From: Bacteroidetes bacterium UBA7692
GTDB lineage: Bacteria; Bacteroidota; Bacteroidia; Chitinophagales; LD1
DNA length: 64,000 bases
Assembly: GCA_002482725.1 (NCBI GenBank)
Contig: DLGO01000038.1
Span: 16,310 to 80,309 of the forward strand
Direction: 5' to 3'
Shown here in pieces: positions 34,958-44,622 of this stretch. The number at the start of each line of letters is the position of its first letter. Position 1 is the stretch's first letter. Below the pieces are notes generated by a model. That model searched no databases, was not told the origin of the DNA, and saw nothing but the letters and a program-made list of their open reading frames with translations. The position numbers and the translations under genes are program-made.

Positions 34958-36970
34958 ATGCAGCAGAAATATTTATTCAGGTTTTTGGTGGGGTTGTTAC
35001 TTGTGGTGGTGATACTTGCATATAGTAATCATTGGCACAATGATTTTCACTTTGACGATGCGCATACTGTGCAGAGCAACATTTATATACAGCACATCGG
35101 GAATATCCCTTTGTTTTTTAAAGATTGCAAAACATTCAGTTCTATACCATCGCACGGGTCGTACAGGCCGGTGGTGAGCACTACGCTTGCCATAGACTAT
35201 TGGATGGGTGGCGGATTGAACCCTGTCTACTTCCACCTGTCTACCTTCATACTGTTTTTGCTGCAGGGTGTATTGATGTTCTTTTTCTTTAAAAAGATAC
35301 TGGATACGGTAGCTGCAGAAAGCCCTACAGAATATATCGCACTATTTGCCAGCGGGTGGTATCTGCTGAACCCTGTGAATGCAGAAACAATAAACTATGT
35401 GATTTCGCGCTCAGATTCGCTTTCTACATTTTTTGTGCTGCTGGCATTTGTGCTGTACCAGTATTCAGATTTTGCGAGAAAGACATTCCTATACCTTGTG
35501 CCTGTTTTTATAGGAGCGCTTGCAAAGCCAACGGCTATTATGTTTGGTCCGATACTGGTGGGGTATCATTTGATACTTGAGCAACAAGTAAGAAGTGTAT
35601 TTGCCATAGAAAAGTATAATTGGGGGCGATTGCTGAAGGTAGCACTGCCATCGATATTGTTGTTTGTAGGAGTATATGCGCTGGTAAAACACATGGAGGA
35701 GGGCATGTTTGTACCAGGAGGCAGTTCGCTGTCGGCTTATGTGCTGTCGCAGCCATTTGTGTACCTGCACTATGTAGGCATGTTCCTGCTGCCATTGCAG
35801 CTGAGCGCAGATACTGACTGGAGTGTATTTGCCGACCCGTTTGCTCCTCAGGTAATTGTTGGCTGGTTGTTTCTGGCAGGGCTTTTGGTAACACTGATAT
35901 ACACGGCAGATAATAAACGATTGAAGCCAATTGCATTTGGGATAATCTGGTTTTTGCTGAGCTTGGTGCCAACCACATTTGTACCACTGGCCGAGGTGAT
36001 GAATGACCACAGGATGTTTTACCCGCATGTGGGAACTGTGCTTGCCTTGACATGGGCGGGCTATCTGTTGCTACAGAAGTTTTGGGCTGGAACGGCACAT
36101 GCGCTGGCGGCACTACTATGTGTATTGGGTTTGAGCGCTTATGCATCGGGCACCTACGAGCGAAATAAAGTATGGGCTACAGAAGCGAGCCTGTGGAAAG
36201 ATGTAACAGAAAAAAGCCCAATGAACGGGCGGGGGCAAATGAACTATGGGTTGACGCTGATGGCCAAGGGTGACTATGAGGGCGCTGAAAAGTGCTACGC
36301 ACAGGGGCTTAAGCTGCTGCCTACTTATTCGCTGCAATACACGAATATGGCTACCGTAAAAGAGGCGAAGGGAAACTACCGGGAGGCGGATTTCTACTAC
36401 CAAAAGGGAATAGAGTATGGTGCGGACTACCCCGGCAACTACTATTTCTATGGGAGGTACCTGTATAAGCAAGGAAGAAAAGAGGAGGCAATAAACAAGC
36501 TGACAGAAGCGCTAAAGCGCAGCGATGCACTGACAGATGCGCGCTACCTGCTGATGAGTGCGCTATATGAAGCAGGCAGGCTGGAGGAACTGCGCACACT
36601 ATGCAACAGTACCCTGAAAATTTTGCCTAATGATGGAAGGGCAAAGGCGTTTTTGGCAAGTACACAGGGTGCCAAATCGATTCTGCAACTGAAAGAGGAT
36701 GAAGTAGCGCTAACGCCAAGCCCGGAGGGGTATCTGGGGCTGAGCCTGCTATACTATAATGCACAAAGGTATGAGGATTGTATAAAAGCCGCTGAACAGG
36801 CACTGAAGCTAAAACCTGACTATGCAGAAGCCTATAACAATATATGCTCCGCGTATAATGCCCTGAAGCGATACAAAGAAGCGGCACAGGCATGCGAAAA
36901 GGCACTGGAAATACAGCCTGGGTATCAGTTGGCCAGGAATAATCTTAATTTGGCAAAAATGAATTTATAG
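34958..36970 (+). CDS. TMTC-like membrane protein: GT-C-type polytopic N-domain fused to TPR repeats
   Basis: 670 aa. The N-terminal region of about 400 aa is multi-TM and carries an early-loop FHFDD acidic motif. The C-terminal region of about 270 aa holds TPR repeats (A..Y..AL.L.P.Y..A..N...). Confidence 0.75.
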   Translation: MQQKYLFRFLVGLLLVVVILAYSNHWHNDFHFDDAHTVQSNIYIQHIGNIPLFFKDCKTFSSIPSHGSYRPVVSTTLAIDYWMGGGLNPVYFHLSTFILFLLQGVLMFFFFKKILDTVAAESPTEYIALFASGWYLLNPVNAETINYVISRSDSLSTFFVLLAFVLYQYSDFARKTFLYLVPVFIGALAKPTAIMFGPILVGYHLILEQQVRSVFAIEKYNWGRLLKVALPSILLFVGVYALVKHMEEGMFVPGGSSLSAYVLSQPFVYLHYVGMFLLPLQLSADTDWSVFADPFAPQVIVGWLFLAGLLVTLIYTADNKRLKPIAFGIIWFLLSLVPTTFVPLAEVMNDHRMFYPHVGTVLALTWAGYLLLQKFWAGTAHALAALLCVLGLSAYASGTYERNKVWATEASLWKDVTEKSPMNGRGQMNYGLTLMAKGDYEGAEKCYAQGLKLLPTYSLQYTNMATVKEAKGNYREADFYYQKGIEYGADYPGNYYFYGRYLYKQGRKEEAINKLTEALKRSDALTDARYLLMSALYEAGRLEELRTLCNSTLKILPNDGRAKAFLASTQGAKSILQLKEDEVALTPSPEGYLGLSLLYYNAQRYEDCIKAAEQALKLKPDYAEAYNNICSAYNALKRYKEAAQACEKALEIQPGYQLARNNLNLAKMNL

Positions 36971-37059
36971 TTATTATTTAATATTAAGGAGAAGTGAAGA
37001 GCAATTTGGGAAATGATAATCCCTATTATTTTTCTTCATTTGCAGTATCAAACAACGAC

Positions 37060-38040
37060 ATGAGACAAATACGATATAGAGAAGCCCTACGTGAGGCAAT
37101 GAGTGAAGAGATGCGCAGGGACAGTTCGGTATTCCTGATGGGAGAGGAGGTTGCAGAATATGATGGCGCCTATAAGGTAAGTCAGGGAATGCTGGCGGAA
37201 TTTGGCCCTAAAAGGATAATAGACACACCAATATCGGAACTGGGTTTTGCCGGTATAGGGGTAGGTGCAGCTATGAACGGCACTAAGCCAATCATAGAGT
37301 TTATGACCTGGAACTTTGCCATATTAGCCTTTGACCAGATAATAAACGGTGCGGCAAAAATGCTGGCTATGAGCGCGGGAGAATTCGGTTGCCCGATAGT
37401 ATTTCGCGGAGCGCAGGGTGCAGCAGGTCAGCTGGGCGCCCAGCACTCGCAGATGCTTACCAATATGTTGGCTTCGGTGCCGGGGCTGAAGGTGGTAGCG
37501 CCTTCTACACCATATGATGCGAAAGGATTGCTGAAAGCATCTATACGCGACAATGATCCTGTAATGTTCCTGGAAAGTGAGCAGATGTACAGCGACCTGG
37601 GCGATGTGCCGGAAGAGGAATATGTGATAGAAATAGGCAAGGCTGAAATAAAGCGTGCAGGTACGGATGTAACTATAGTTAGCTATAACAAAATGATGAA
37701 GCTGGCTCTGAAAGCAGCGGAGGAACTGGCCAAAGAAGGTATAGAAGCAGAGGTTATAGACCTGAGGACGATACGTCCGCTGGATGTGCCTTGCATATTG
37801 GAATCGGTAAAGAAAACCAACCGCCTGGTAATAGTGGATGAGAGCTGGCCATTTACATCAATAGCATCTGAGATAACATTCCAGGTGCAGCGCTATGGGT
37901 TCGACTACCTGGATGCGCCTATACGCCGTGTATGTGGTGCAGATGCAAGCATGCACTATGCCCCGAACTTGGTAGAAGCCTATATGCCCAGCGTAGCGAA
38001 AATAGTGGAGGCGGTAAAAAGTGTGACTTACAAGAAGTAA
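37060..38040 (+). CDS. pdhB: pyruvate/2-oxoacid dehydrogenase E1 component beta subunit
   Basis: The start is taken at MRQIRYREALREAM. It carries FLMGEEVAEYDGAYKVSQG and IIDTPISE blocks and a transketolase C-terminal-like domain. Confidence 0.88.
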   Translation: MRQIRYREALREAMSEEMRRDSSVFLMGEEVAEYDGAYKVSQGMLAEFGPKRIIDTPISELGFAGIGVGAAMNGTKPIIEFMTWNFAILAFDQIINGAAKMLAMSAGEFGCPIVFRGAQGAAGQLGAQHSQMLTNMLASVPGLKVVAPSTPYDAKGLLKASIRDNDPVMFLESEQMYSDLGDVPEEEYVIEIGKAEIKRAGTDVTIVSYNKMMKLALKAAEELAKEGIEAEVIDLRTIRPLDVPCILESVKKTNRLVIVDESWPFTSIASEITFQVQRYGFDYLDAPIRRVCGADASMHYAPNLVEAYMPSVAKIVEAVKSVTYKK

Positions 38041-38077
38041 GCAATAGAGATAAGATATAAATCGTTCTTTGATAAAA

Positions 38078-38116
38078 TAAAAAGGGCAGCTTCCGATCGG
38101 AAGCTGCCCTTTAAAA
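38078..38116. terminator. bidirectional rho-independent terminator
   Basis: Palindrome GGGCAGCTTCCGATCGGAAGCTGCCC flanked by AAAAA and TTTAAAAA, lying between convergent genes. Confidence 0.8.
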
Positions 38117-38138
38117 AGCAAGATAAAAGTTAACCCTA

Positions 38139-40331
38139 TTATCTCATGAATAGCATCTCGCGATACTTTGGCAAAGGCCATGAAGTGTCTTCTACCAACA
38201 GTTCCAGCGAATCTATATTGTCGCGGATGTCGTCGAAAAGAGGTTTAACCTTATCGCAATAGTATTTAGCTTCATCGGATACAGATTTAGATTTGTGCGC
38301 ACCTGCAAGGGCGGCGTTCAATTTATCTACGCCTGTTTTTACAGCATTGATCCTGTTAACGATATCGGTAACTATTTCTTTCTGAGCTTTAGAGCCTGAA
38401 GCAGCAATGCCGATTTCTTTCAGGCCTTTGATGTTGCTGATAAGCTTGTTGCTATAGTCGAGCGCTGAAGGAAGTATCTGGTTAACTGCAAGGTCAGCAA
38501 GGGTTTTGGCCTCGATGTCGATCTTCATCACATAGCTGTGGTTCTGGATTTCGTAACGGGCATCCAGCTCTCTTTCAGTAAGGATGTTGTTCTTGATAAA
38601 TACATCTTTGTATTTTTTCAAGGTAAGGAAATCAAGTGCGTAAGGAGTGGTTTTTACGTTGTTCAAGCCACGTTTCTTAGCTTCTTTGGCCCAAGCCTCG
38701 CTGTAACCATCACCTTCGAAGCATATCTTTTTGCTATCGGTGATGTACTGACGGATAACGCGAAGAAGCGCACCATCTTTGCTTTCACCGCCTTTGATAA
38801 GCTTGTCAACCTCTGTTTTGAAGTCGATAAGCTGCTGAGCCATAATGGTGTTCATTACGGTCATAGTCTGAGAGCAGTTAGCTGAAGAACCTACAGCGCG
38901 CACCTCGAACTTGTTGCCTGTGAAAGCAAAAGGAGAAGTACGGTTCCTGTCGGTGTTGTCCAACATCACATCAGGTATCTTGTTGTGGATGTCAAGCTTC
39001 AGGTTAGCATTGGCCAACTCGTCGTATTTGCCTTTAGCCACGCGCTTTTCGATCTCATCCAATACATTGGTCATATAAGAACCGATAAAAGCAGAGATGA
39101 TAGCAGGAGGGGCTTCGTTGGCACCCAGACGGTGGTCGTTTGGAGCAGAAGCGATAGAAGCACGGATTAGGTCACCATACTCTTGAACTGCTTTAAGCAC
39201 GTTTACGAAGAAAGTGATGAACTGTATGTTGCTCTTAGGGGTTTTGCCGGGAGATAGAAGGTTTTTGCCTGTATCTGTGCTAAGGCTCCAGTTGTTATGC
39301 TTACCGCTACCGTTGATGCCTGCAAATGGTTTTTCATGAAGCAAAACACGCAGCTTGTGCCTGCGGGCAACACGCTCCATAAGGTCCATAAGCAACTGGT
39401 TGTGGTCTACTGCTACGCTCACCTCTTCGAACATAGGTGCGCACTCGAACTGAGAAGGAGCAACCTCATTGTGGCGTGTGCGGACAGGGATACCTAATTT
39501 ATGGCACTCTGTTTCCAGGTCAAGCATGTAGGCATAAACACGCTCCGGTATGGTACCGAAGTAGTGGTCTTCCAACTGTTGTCCTTTAGCTGGAGAGTGG
39601 CCCAAAAGGGTTCTTCCAGTGAACATAAGGTCGGGACGGGCATAGAACAAAGCCTCGTCTATAAGGAAATACTCCTGCTCCCAACCAAGGGTAGCAGTAA
39701 CACGGGTAGCTTCTTTATCGAAAAGGTTAACTACCGGAAGGGCAGCTGCTTCAAGGAAAGCACATGATTTAAGAAGCGGGGCTTTATAGTCAAGCGCTTC
39801 GCCTGTGTAGGAGATGAATATAGTAGGAATACAAAGGGTTTTGCCATCGCCGATTTCCATGATGAAAGCAGGAGAACCCGGATCCCATGCTGTGTAGCCA
39901 CGCGCTTCGAAAGTAGCACGTATACCACCGCTCGGGAAAGAAGATGCATCAGGCTCTTGCTGAACCAAAGCATCGCCGCTGAACACTTCGATAGCTCCGT
40001 CACCTTTAGGTGTAAAGAACATGTCGTGTTTTTCGGCAGTCAGGCCGGTAAGGGGTTGAAACCAGTGGGTGTAAGAGTTGGCGCCTTTTGAAGTAGCCCA
40101 TGCTTTCATGCCTGCAGCCACTGCATCTGCAATCTCACGGCTGATTTTAGTGCCGTTGCTGATTGCCGAACGAACTGCTTTGTAAGCATCTTCCGAAAGG
40201 AAATCGCGCATTGCTTTGTCGTTGAATACATTGATGCCATAGTAATCTGACACCTTGGTACCTGCCAAACGTGGAGATACCACCTCGCGGTTTACTACTG
40301 TCTCTATCGCCTTCTTGCGTTGACTGATCAT
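38139..40331 (-). CDS. glutamine synthetase type III (GlnN-type)
   Basis: 730 aa, the length and layout of GSIII. It has the catalytic block FAGINGSGKHNNWS and a GSIII-type N-terminal extension. Confidence 0.92.
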   Translation of the reverse strand: MISQRKKAIETVVNREVVSPRLAGTKVSDYYGINVFNDKAMRDFLSEDAYKAVRSAISNGTKISREIADAVAAGMKAWATSKGANSYTHWFQPLTGLTAEKHDMFFTPKGDGAIEVFSGDALVQQEPDASSFPSGGIRATFEARGYTAWDPGSPAFIMEIGDGKTLCIPTIFISYTGEALDYKAPLLKSCAFLEAAALPVVNLFDKEATRVTATLGWEQEYFLIDEALFYARPDLMFTGRTLLGHSPAKGQQLEDHYFGTIPERVYAYMLDLETECHKLGIPVRTRHNEVAPSQFECAPMFEEVSVAVDHNQLLMDLMERVARRHKLRVLLHEKPFAGINGSGKHNNWSLSTDTGKNLLSPGKTPKSNIQFITFFVNVLKAVQEYGDLIRASIASAPNDHRLGANEAPPAIISAFIGSYMTNVLDEIEKRVAKGKYDELANANLKLDIHNKIPDVMLDNTDRNRTSPFAFTGNKFEVRAVGSSANCSQTMTVMNTIMAQQLIDFKTEVDKLIKGGESKDGALLRVIRQYITDSKKICFEGDGYSEAWAKEAKKRGLNNVKTTPYALDFLTLKKYKDVFIKNNILTERELDARYEIQNHSYVMKIDIEAKTLADLAVNQILPSALDYSNKLISNIKGLKEIGIAASGSKAQKEIVTDIVNRINAVKTGVDKLNAALAGAHKSKSVSDEAKYYCDKVKPLFDDIRDNIDSLELLVEDTSWPLPKYREMLFMR

Positions 40332-40478
40332 AAATTGTTTGTGTTTTTGATTTGCGCTGCGAAAGTCGATATTCTGCTCCGCATTTTCAATAATTTATAA
40401 TTATCTATATGTGAATAATTTTTAGCGTATCGCCATAATTTGCCATTAAACTTTTGAAAAAAGAATGATTTTTGCAGC

Positions 40479-41801
40479 ATGAATACTAAATTTCTGGTTC
40501 CCTTCATTGTATTAAGCCTTATTTGTTGCCTTGGGCTGTTTTATAATCCTGTGGAAAATGTGGTAATTCCTGATGGGATTAATGCTGCCGACCTTGCCTG
40601 GATGTTGTGTGCTTCGGGTCTGGTTTTGCTCATGACACCGGGCTTGTCCTTCTTTTACGGAGGAATGGTGAGTAGGAAGAACATCATCAGTACCATGTTG
40701 CAGAGCTTTATAGCATTGGGGGTTATCACGGTATTGTACGTATTCGTTGGCTTCAGTCTTTCTTTTGGCGACAGCTACCACGGGCTTATTGGTAATCCTT
40801 TCCAATTCCTGATGTTCAAAGGTGTATCGCTCAATGTAAACGCAGCCCTGGCTCCAACTATACCACTGCTTCTTTTCGCAGCATTTCAAATGAAATTTGC
40901 CATTATAACTCCTGCTCTTATAACAGGAAGCTTTGCGGAGCGGGTTAGGTTCAGCAGTTATCTGCTGTTCATGTGCTTGTTCAGCCTCTTTATATATGCA
41001 CCGTTGGCGCACTGGACCTGGCATCCTGATGGCTTCCTGCGCAAATGGGGTATACTGGATTTTGCCGGAGGTACAGTGGTACACATGAGTGCAGGTTATG
41101 CAGCCTTGGCCGGAGCATTGGTTCTTGGCCAGCGCAAATCCTTTGGCAGCAACACCCATAATGAGCCGGCCAATATCCCCTACATATTGTTGGGTACAGG
41201 TATGCTTTGGTTTGGCTGGTTCGGTTTTAATGCAGGATCTGCAATGGGCGCCAACCAAACGGCCGTTTTGGCATTTGTAACCACTGTATGTGCATCCGCC
41301 GCTGCCATGATGAGCTGGGTATTTTTCGATGCTGTACGAGGCAAAAAAGTTACGGCTATGGGTACCTGCATAGGTGCCGTGGTTGGCCTTGTGGCTATCA
41401 CTCCGGCTGCGGGATTCGTTACTATACCCCACAGCTTGTTCATAGGGTTCATATCGGCTATCATTTCTAATTTGGCCGTAAGCACCAAGAATAAGTCTAC
41501 GCTCGACGATACCCTGGATGTATTCCCTTGCCATGGTGTTGGTGGTATTTGTGGAATGATACTTACCGGTGTTTTCGCTAAGGACGTGGGTCTTTTTTAT
41601 GGCCATACCGATACTTTTGTAATGCACATGATTGGCCTGGTAATAGTTTCTGCCTTTACTTTCGTAGGTTCTTATTTGCTTTACAGGCTTACTGATGCTA
41701 TTATACCATTGCGCGTGAGCGAAGAACAGGAGGCAGAAGGCCTGGATAAGAGCCAGCATGGTGAAACTTATGGTCGCAAACGCCCGGAGGCAAGTCTTTA
41801 A
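40479..41801 (+). CDS. amt: ammonium transporter
   Basis: 440-aa polytopic protein with Amt signatures DFAGGTVVHMSAG and WFGWFGFNAGS. Confidence 0.93.
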   Translation: MNTKFLVPFIVLSLICCLGLFYNPVENVVIPDGINAADLAWMLCASGLVLLMTPGLSFFYGGMVSRKNIISTMLQSFIALGVITVLYVFVGFSLSFGDSYHGLIGNPFQFLMFKGVSLNVNAALAPTIPLLLFAAFQMKFAIITPALITGSFAERVRFSSYLLFMCLFSLFIYAPLAHWTWHPDGFLRKWGILDFAGGTVVHMSAGYAALAGALVLGQRKSFGSNTHNEPANIPYILLGTGMLWFGWFGFNAGSAMGANQTAVLAFVTTVCASAAAMMSWVFFDAVRGKKVTAMGTCIGAVVGLVAITPAAGFVTIPHSLFIGFISAIISNLAVSTKNKSTLDDTLDVFPCHGVGGICGMILTGVFAKDVGLFYGHTDTFVMHMIGLVIVSAFTFVGSYLLYRLTDAIIPLRVSEEQEAEGLDKSQHGETYGRKRPEASL

Positions 41802-41864
41802 TTTTGTATAAATCATAGTATTTAGGTGCTTTATTGGTTAGGTTTGTTTTAATAATCAACTAAC

Positions 41865-42626
41865 ATGAAAAAGATATTGGGTTTAATAGTAATAGTATTG
41901 TTTGCTGCGGTTAATGCCTTTGCTGTAAACGGTTATTACATCGAATACAAAATGACCGCATCTGTAGCAGGATCAAGTCCTACTGGCTCTATGAAGCTTT
42001 ACAGCACCCCTGCAGGCGATTCGCGTACCGAGATGAATATGTCCATTGGGCAGATGGGTGGTCTTGATGTAGTTAGCCTGGTTAAAAAATCGGAGCCTAA
42101 AAAAATCTACATGCTGTTCGAGTCTACCAAGACCTACAGTGTCACAGATGCTGCTACCAAAGATGGTTTTAAGGATGATGCCACTTACGAGGTTTCGGTA
42201 CTTGGTACCGAAACGGTTAATGGCTTCAAATCTACCCATGTAAAAATAGTGCGCAATAAGCAACCTATGGAAATGTGGTTAAGCACTGATATCGCCAACT
42301 ATGCTGAGCTTTCTACACTGAAGGGCAACGAATACTACGGCAACGATAAGCTATTGAAAGCGCTTAAAGCTAAAGGGGTATCTGGTTTCCCTGTGCGTAT
42401 CAAAGCGCAGCAGCAGGGTGCCAATATCCAGTTTGATCTGGTGAAAACTGCTGCTCAGGATATTCCATCTGCTTTGCTTGAAATTCCTGCAGGCTACAAA
42501 GAAGGCGATGCACTAAGCGGCATGATGAAGCAAATGGGTCTTCCTTCAATGGACGAAATACAGAAAATGACACCTGAGCAACGAGCGGCTTTGCTGAAAC
42601 AGTTTCAGCAAAACGGAGGTAAATAA
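41865..42626 (+). CDS. DUF4412-like secreted protein
   Basis: 253 aa with a signal peptide. It starts with GYYIEYKMT...MKLY....GDSRTEMNM, typical of DUF4412. Confidence 0.6.
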   Translation: MKKILGLIVIVLFAAVNAFAVNGYYIEYKMTASVAGSSPTGSMKLYSTPAGDSRTEMNMSIGQMGGLDVVSLVKKSEPKKIYMLFESTKTYSVTDAATKDGFKDDATYEVSVLGTETVNGFKSTHVKIVRNKQPMEMWLSTDIANYAELSTLKGNEYYGNDKLLKALKAKGVSGFPVRIKAQQQGANIQFDLVKTAAQDIPSALLEIPAGYKEGDALSGMMKQMGLPSMDEIQKMTPEQRAALLKQFQQNGGK

Positions 42627-42735
42627 TTTCAAGGAGGCACCAAATGGTGCTTTTCTTTTTTAGGGGTTTTATAGCTCATTTCTGTTTTCATTTAATTATC
42701 AATTTTTAGCCCAACTTCGCGTCAGTTTTTATCTT

Positions 42736-44103
42736 ATGACTTTAACACATACCATAGTTGCTCCTGCCACCGCGCAGGGAGTTGGCGCATTAGGCATTAT
42801 CAGGCTTTCAGGTCCCGATGCCATTTCTATTGCTTCCCGCGTATTTCGCGGCAAAGGCTTTACCGATGCTCATTCGCATACCCTACATTATGGCTTTATC
42901 ACCGACAGTGTAAAGGACATAGATGAGGTTATGGTCAGCCTCTTCCGTGCTCCCAGGAGCTTTACCACCGAAGATATAGTCGAGATATCCCACCACGGTT
43001 CTCCTTTCATCCAGCAGCAGATACTTTCCCTGCTTATTACCGCAGGTGCCAGGCCTGCAGAGCCTGGCGAGTTTACCCTGCGCGCCTTCCTTAATGGCCG
43101 TATAGACCTTAGCCAGGCCGAAGCGGTAGCCGATATCATTGCTTCCGATTCGGCCGCCTCCCACGAAATTGCCATCAACCAACTTCGTGGTGGCTTCAAG
43201 CAGGAGCTGGAAGTGCTGCGCACCGAACTGCTCAACTTTGCTTCGCTTATCGAGCTGGAGCTCGATTTCAGCGAGGAGGACGTGGAGTTCGTAGACCGTA
43301 CTCAGCTTAGCCGTCTTATACTCAATCTAGACAAGAACATCAGTGGTCTTTTATCTTCATTCAAACTGGGCAATGCCATCAAAGAGGGCGTGCCTGTGGT
43401 TATAGCCGGAGAGCCAAATGCAGGCAAGTCTACATTGCTCAATAAACTACTAAACGAGGACCGCGCCATAGTTTCCGAAATAGCAGGCACTACCCGCGAT
43501 GTTATCGAAGACCAGCTTATCATCGATGGTATCGCGTTCCGCTTTATCGATACTGCCGGCTTGCGCGAAACCGAAGACACCATCGAAAAAATCGGCGTGC
43601 AGCGCAGTTACGAAAAGATCAAAACTGCGGCGGTGCTTATGTACATCTTTGATGCCAATATCTTAAAGAACGATACGGATATCTCAAAAGAAATCAGCAC
43701 TGCTGCATCTTTCGAAATACCCTATATGCTGGTGGCCAACAAGAGCGACCTTTGTTCACCGGCCATATTGCAGGCCCTGCAAGCTCAGCCCAACATCTTT
43801 ATCATAGCTGCCAAAACAAGTACAGGAGTGGATGACTTAAAACAGCGCTTGCTTGATTTTGTCAATGTCAAAAACCTCAACTCCGGTAACACTATAGTCA
43901 CCAATATCCGCCACTTCGATGCGCTTCAGCGCGCATCCGCATCATTGGAGGCAATTCAATACGGCCTGCAAAACCAGCAGACTACAGAGCTTGTGGCCCT
44001 CGACATAAAACATGCACTCGAAGCCCTGGGCGAGATAACCGGTGCTGTCACCAACGATGAGATTTTGGGCAATATTTTCGGCAAGTTTTGTATCGGCAAG
44101 TAA
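42736..44103 (+). CDS. mnmE: tRNA uridine-5-carboxymethylaminomethyl modification GTPase MnmE
   Basis: 455 aa with the P-loop GEPNAGKSTLLN, DTAGLRET, NKSD and the C-terminal FCIGK. Confidence 0.95.
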   Translation: MTLTHTIVAPATAQGVGALGIIRLSGPDAISIASRVFRGKGFTDAHSHTLHYGFITDSVKDIDEVMVSLFRAPRSFTTEDIVEISHHGSPFIQQQILSLLITAGARPAEPGEFTLRAFLNGRIDLSQAEAVADIIASDSAASHEIAINQLRGGFKQELEVLRTELLNFASLIELELDFSEEDVEFVDRTQLSRLILNLDKNISGLLSSFKLGNAIKEGVPVVIAGEPNAGKSTLLNKLLNEDRAIVSEIAGTTRDVIEDQLIIDGIAFRFIDTAGLRETEDTIEKIGVQRSYEKIKTAAVLMYIFDANILKNDTDISKEISTAASFEIPYMLVANKSDLCSPAILQALQAQPNIFIIAAKTSTGVDDLKQRLLDFVNVKNLNSGNTIVTNIRHFDALQRASASLEAIQYGLQNQQTTELVALDIKHALEALGEITGAVTNDEILGNIFGKFCIGK

Positions 44104-44109
44104 CCTGCC

Positions 44110-44610
44110 TTACCCCTGCCACACTACCTTGCCATCTAGCGCCTTGGCGAGCCTAATGCTCAACTCAGGATATATCTTCGCTCCTACATAGCTTTGCGGG
44201 GCTACGAAACCATACTTTGCCCTTAGTTCATCCAGCGGTATTGCTTCCGCCAATTCTATAAAGTCGGTTATTGGTATTGCGATCCCCTGCTTCTTTTCTT
44301 TCAGGTAGTCATATACCGAGGCTCCATTTCCTTTTATATGCGCCTCAGCAATTGCAGCTATCCGGTCAGGCGTACCAATTATTGCTTTGTCCATCAGCAC
44401 CACTCCGCAAATAGCTTTTACCGGGGCAGAAATATATACTACAGCTATGGTTAGTCGCTTTCGGAATCGGGTACGATACTCCATCTTCTTTGTACCGCTC
44501 TTCATCAGTTCATAAGCGTAGGGCTGCAGGCTCATGATGATTATATCTTCATTGACATAGTGAATTTCTTTACTGTCTTCTTCAAACATCCGGGTCTGTA
44601 TGTTCTTCAT
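44110..44610 (-). CDS. ASCH (PUA-like) domain protein
   Basis: 166 aa. The pattern SLQPYAYELMKSGTKKMEYRTR ... VYISAPVKAICGVV ... PQSYV fits ASCH-domain proteins. Confidence 0.6.
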   Translation of the reverse strand: MKNIQTRMFEEDSKEIHYVNEDIIIMSLQPYAYELMKSGTKKMEYRTRFRKRLTIAVVYISAPVKAICGVVLMDKAIIGTPDRIAAIAEAHIKGNGASVYDYLKEKKQGIAIPITDFIELAEAIPLDELRAKYGFVAPQSYVGAKIYPELSIRLAKALDGKVVWQG

Positions 44611-44622
44611 TTTTCATCGTGG

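Noticed and set aside
35489-36599. Minus-strand ORFs of 179, 202, 118 and 82 aa, and a plus-strand alternative-frame ORF, inside the TMTC-like gene.
   Set aside because: This is the same composition effect. The ORFs overlap each other in different frames and lack any domain pattern.
40512-41816. A 434-codon ORF on the minus strand, almost exactly antisense to the ammonium transporter gene.
   Set aside because: It lies in the codon-aligned antisense frame (both frames share coordinates divisible by 3). In that frame stops arise only from sense TTA, CTA or TCA codons. The amt gene simply avoids those codons, and the ORF ends at the first TTA at 40509-40511. The translation is rich in H/Y/Q/C/K, with no membrane or domain pattern, whereas the sense product has clear Amt signatures.
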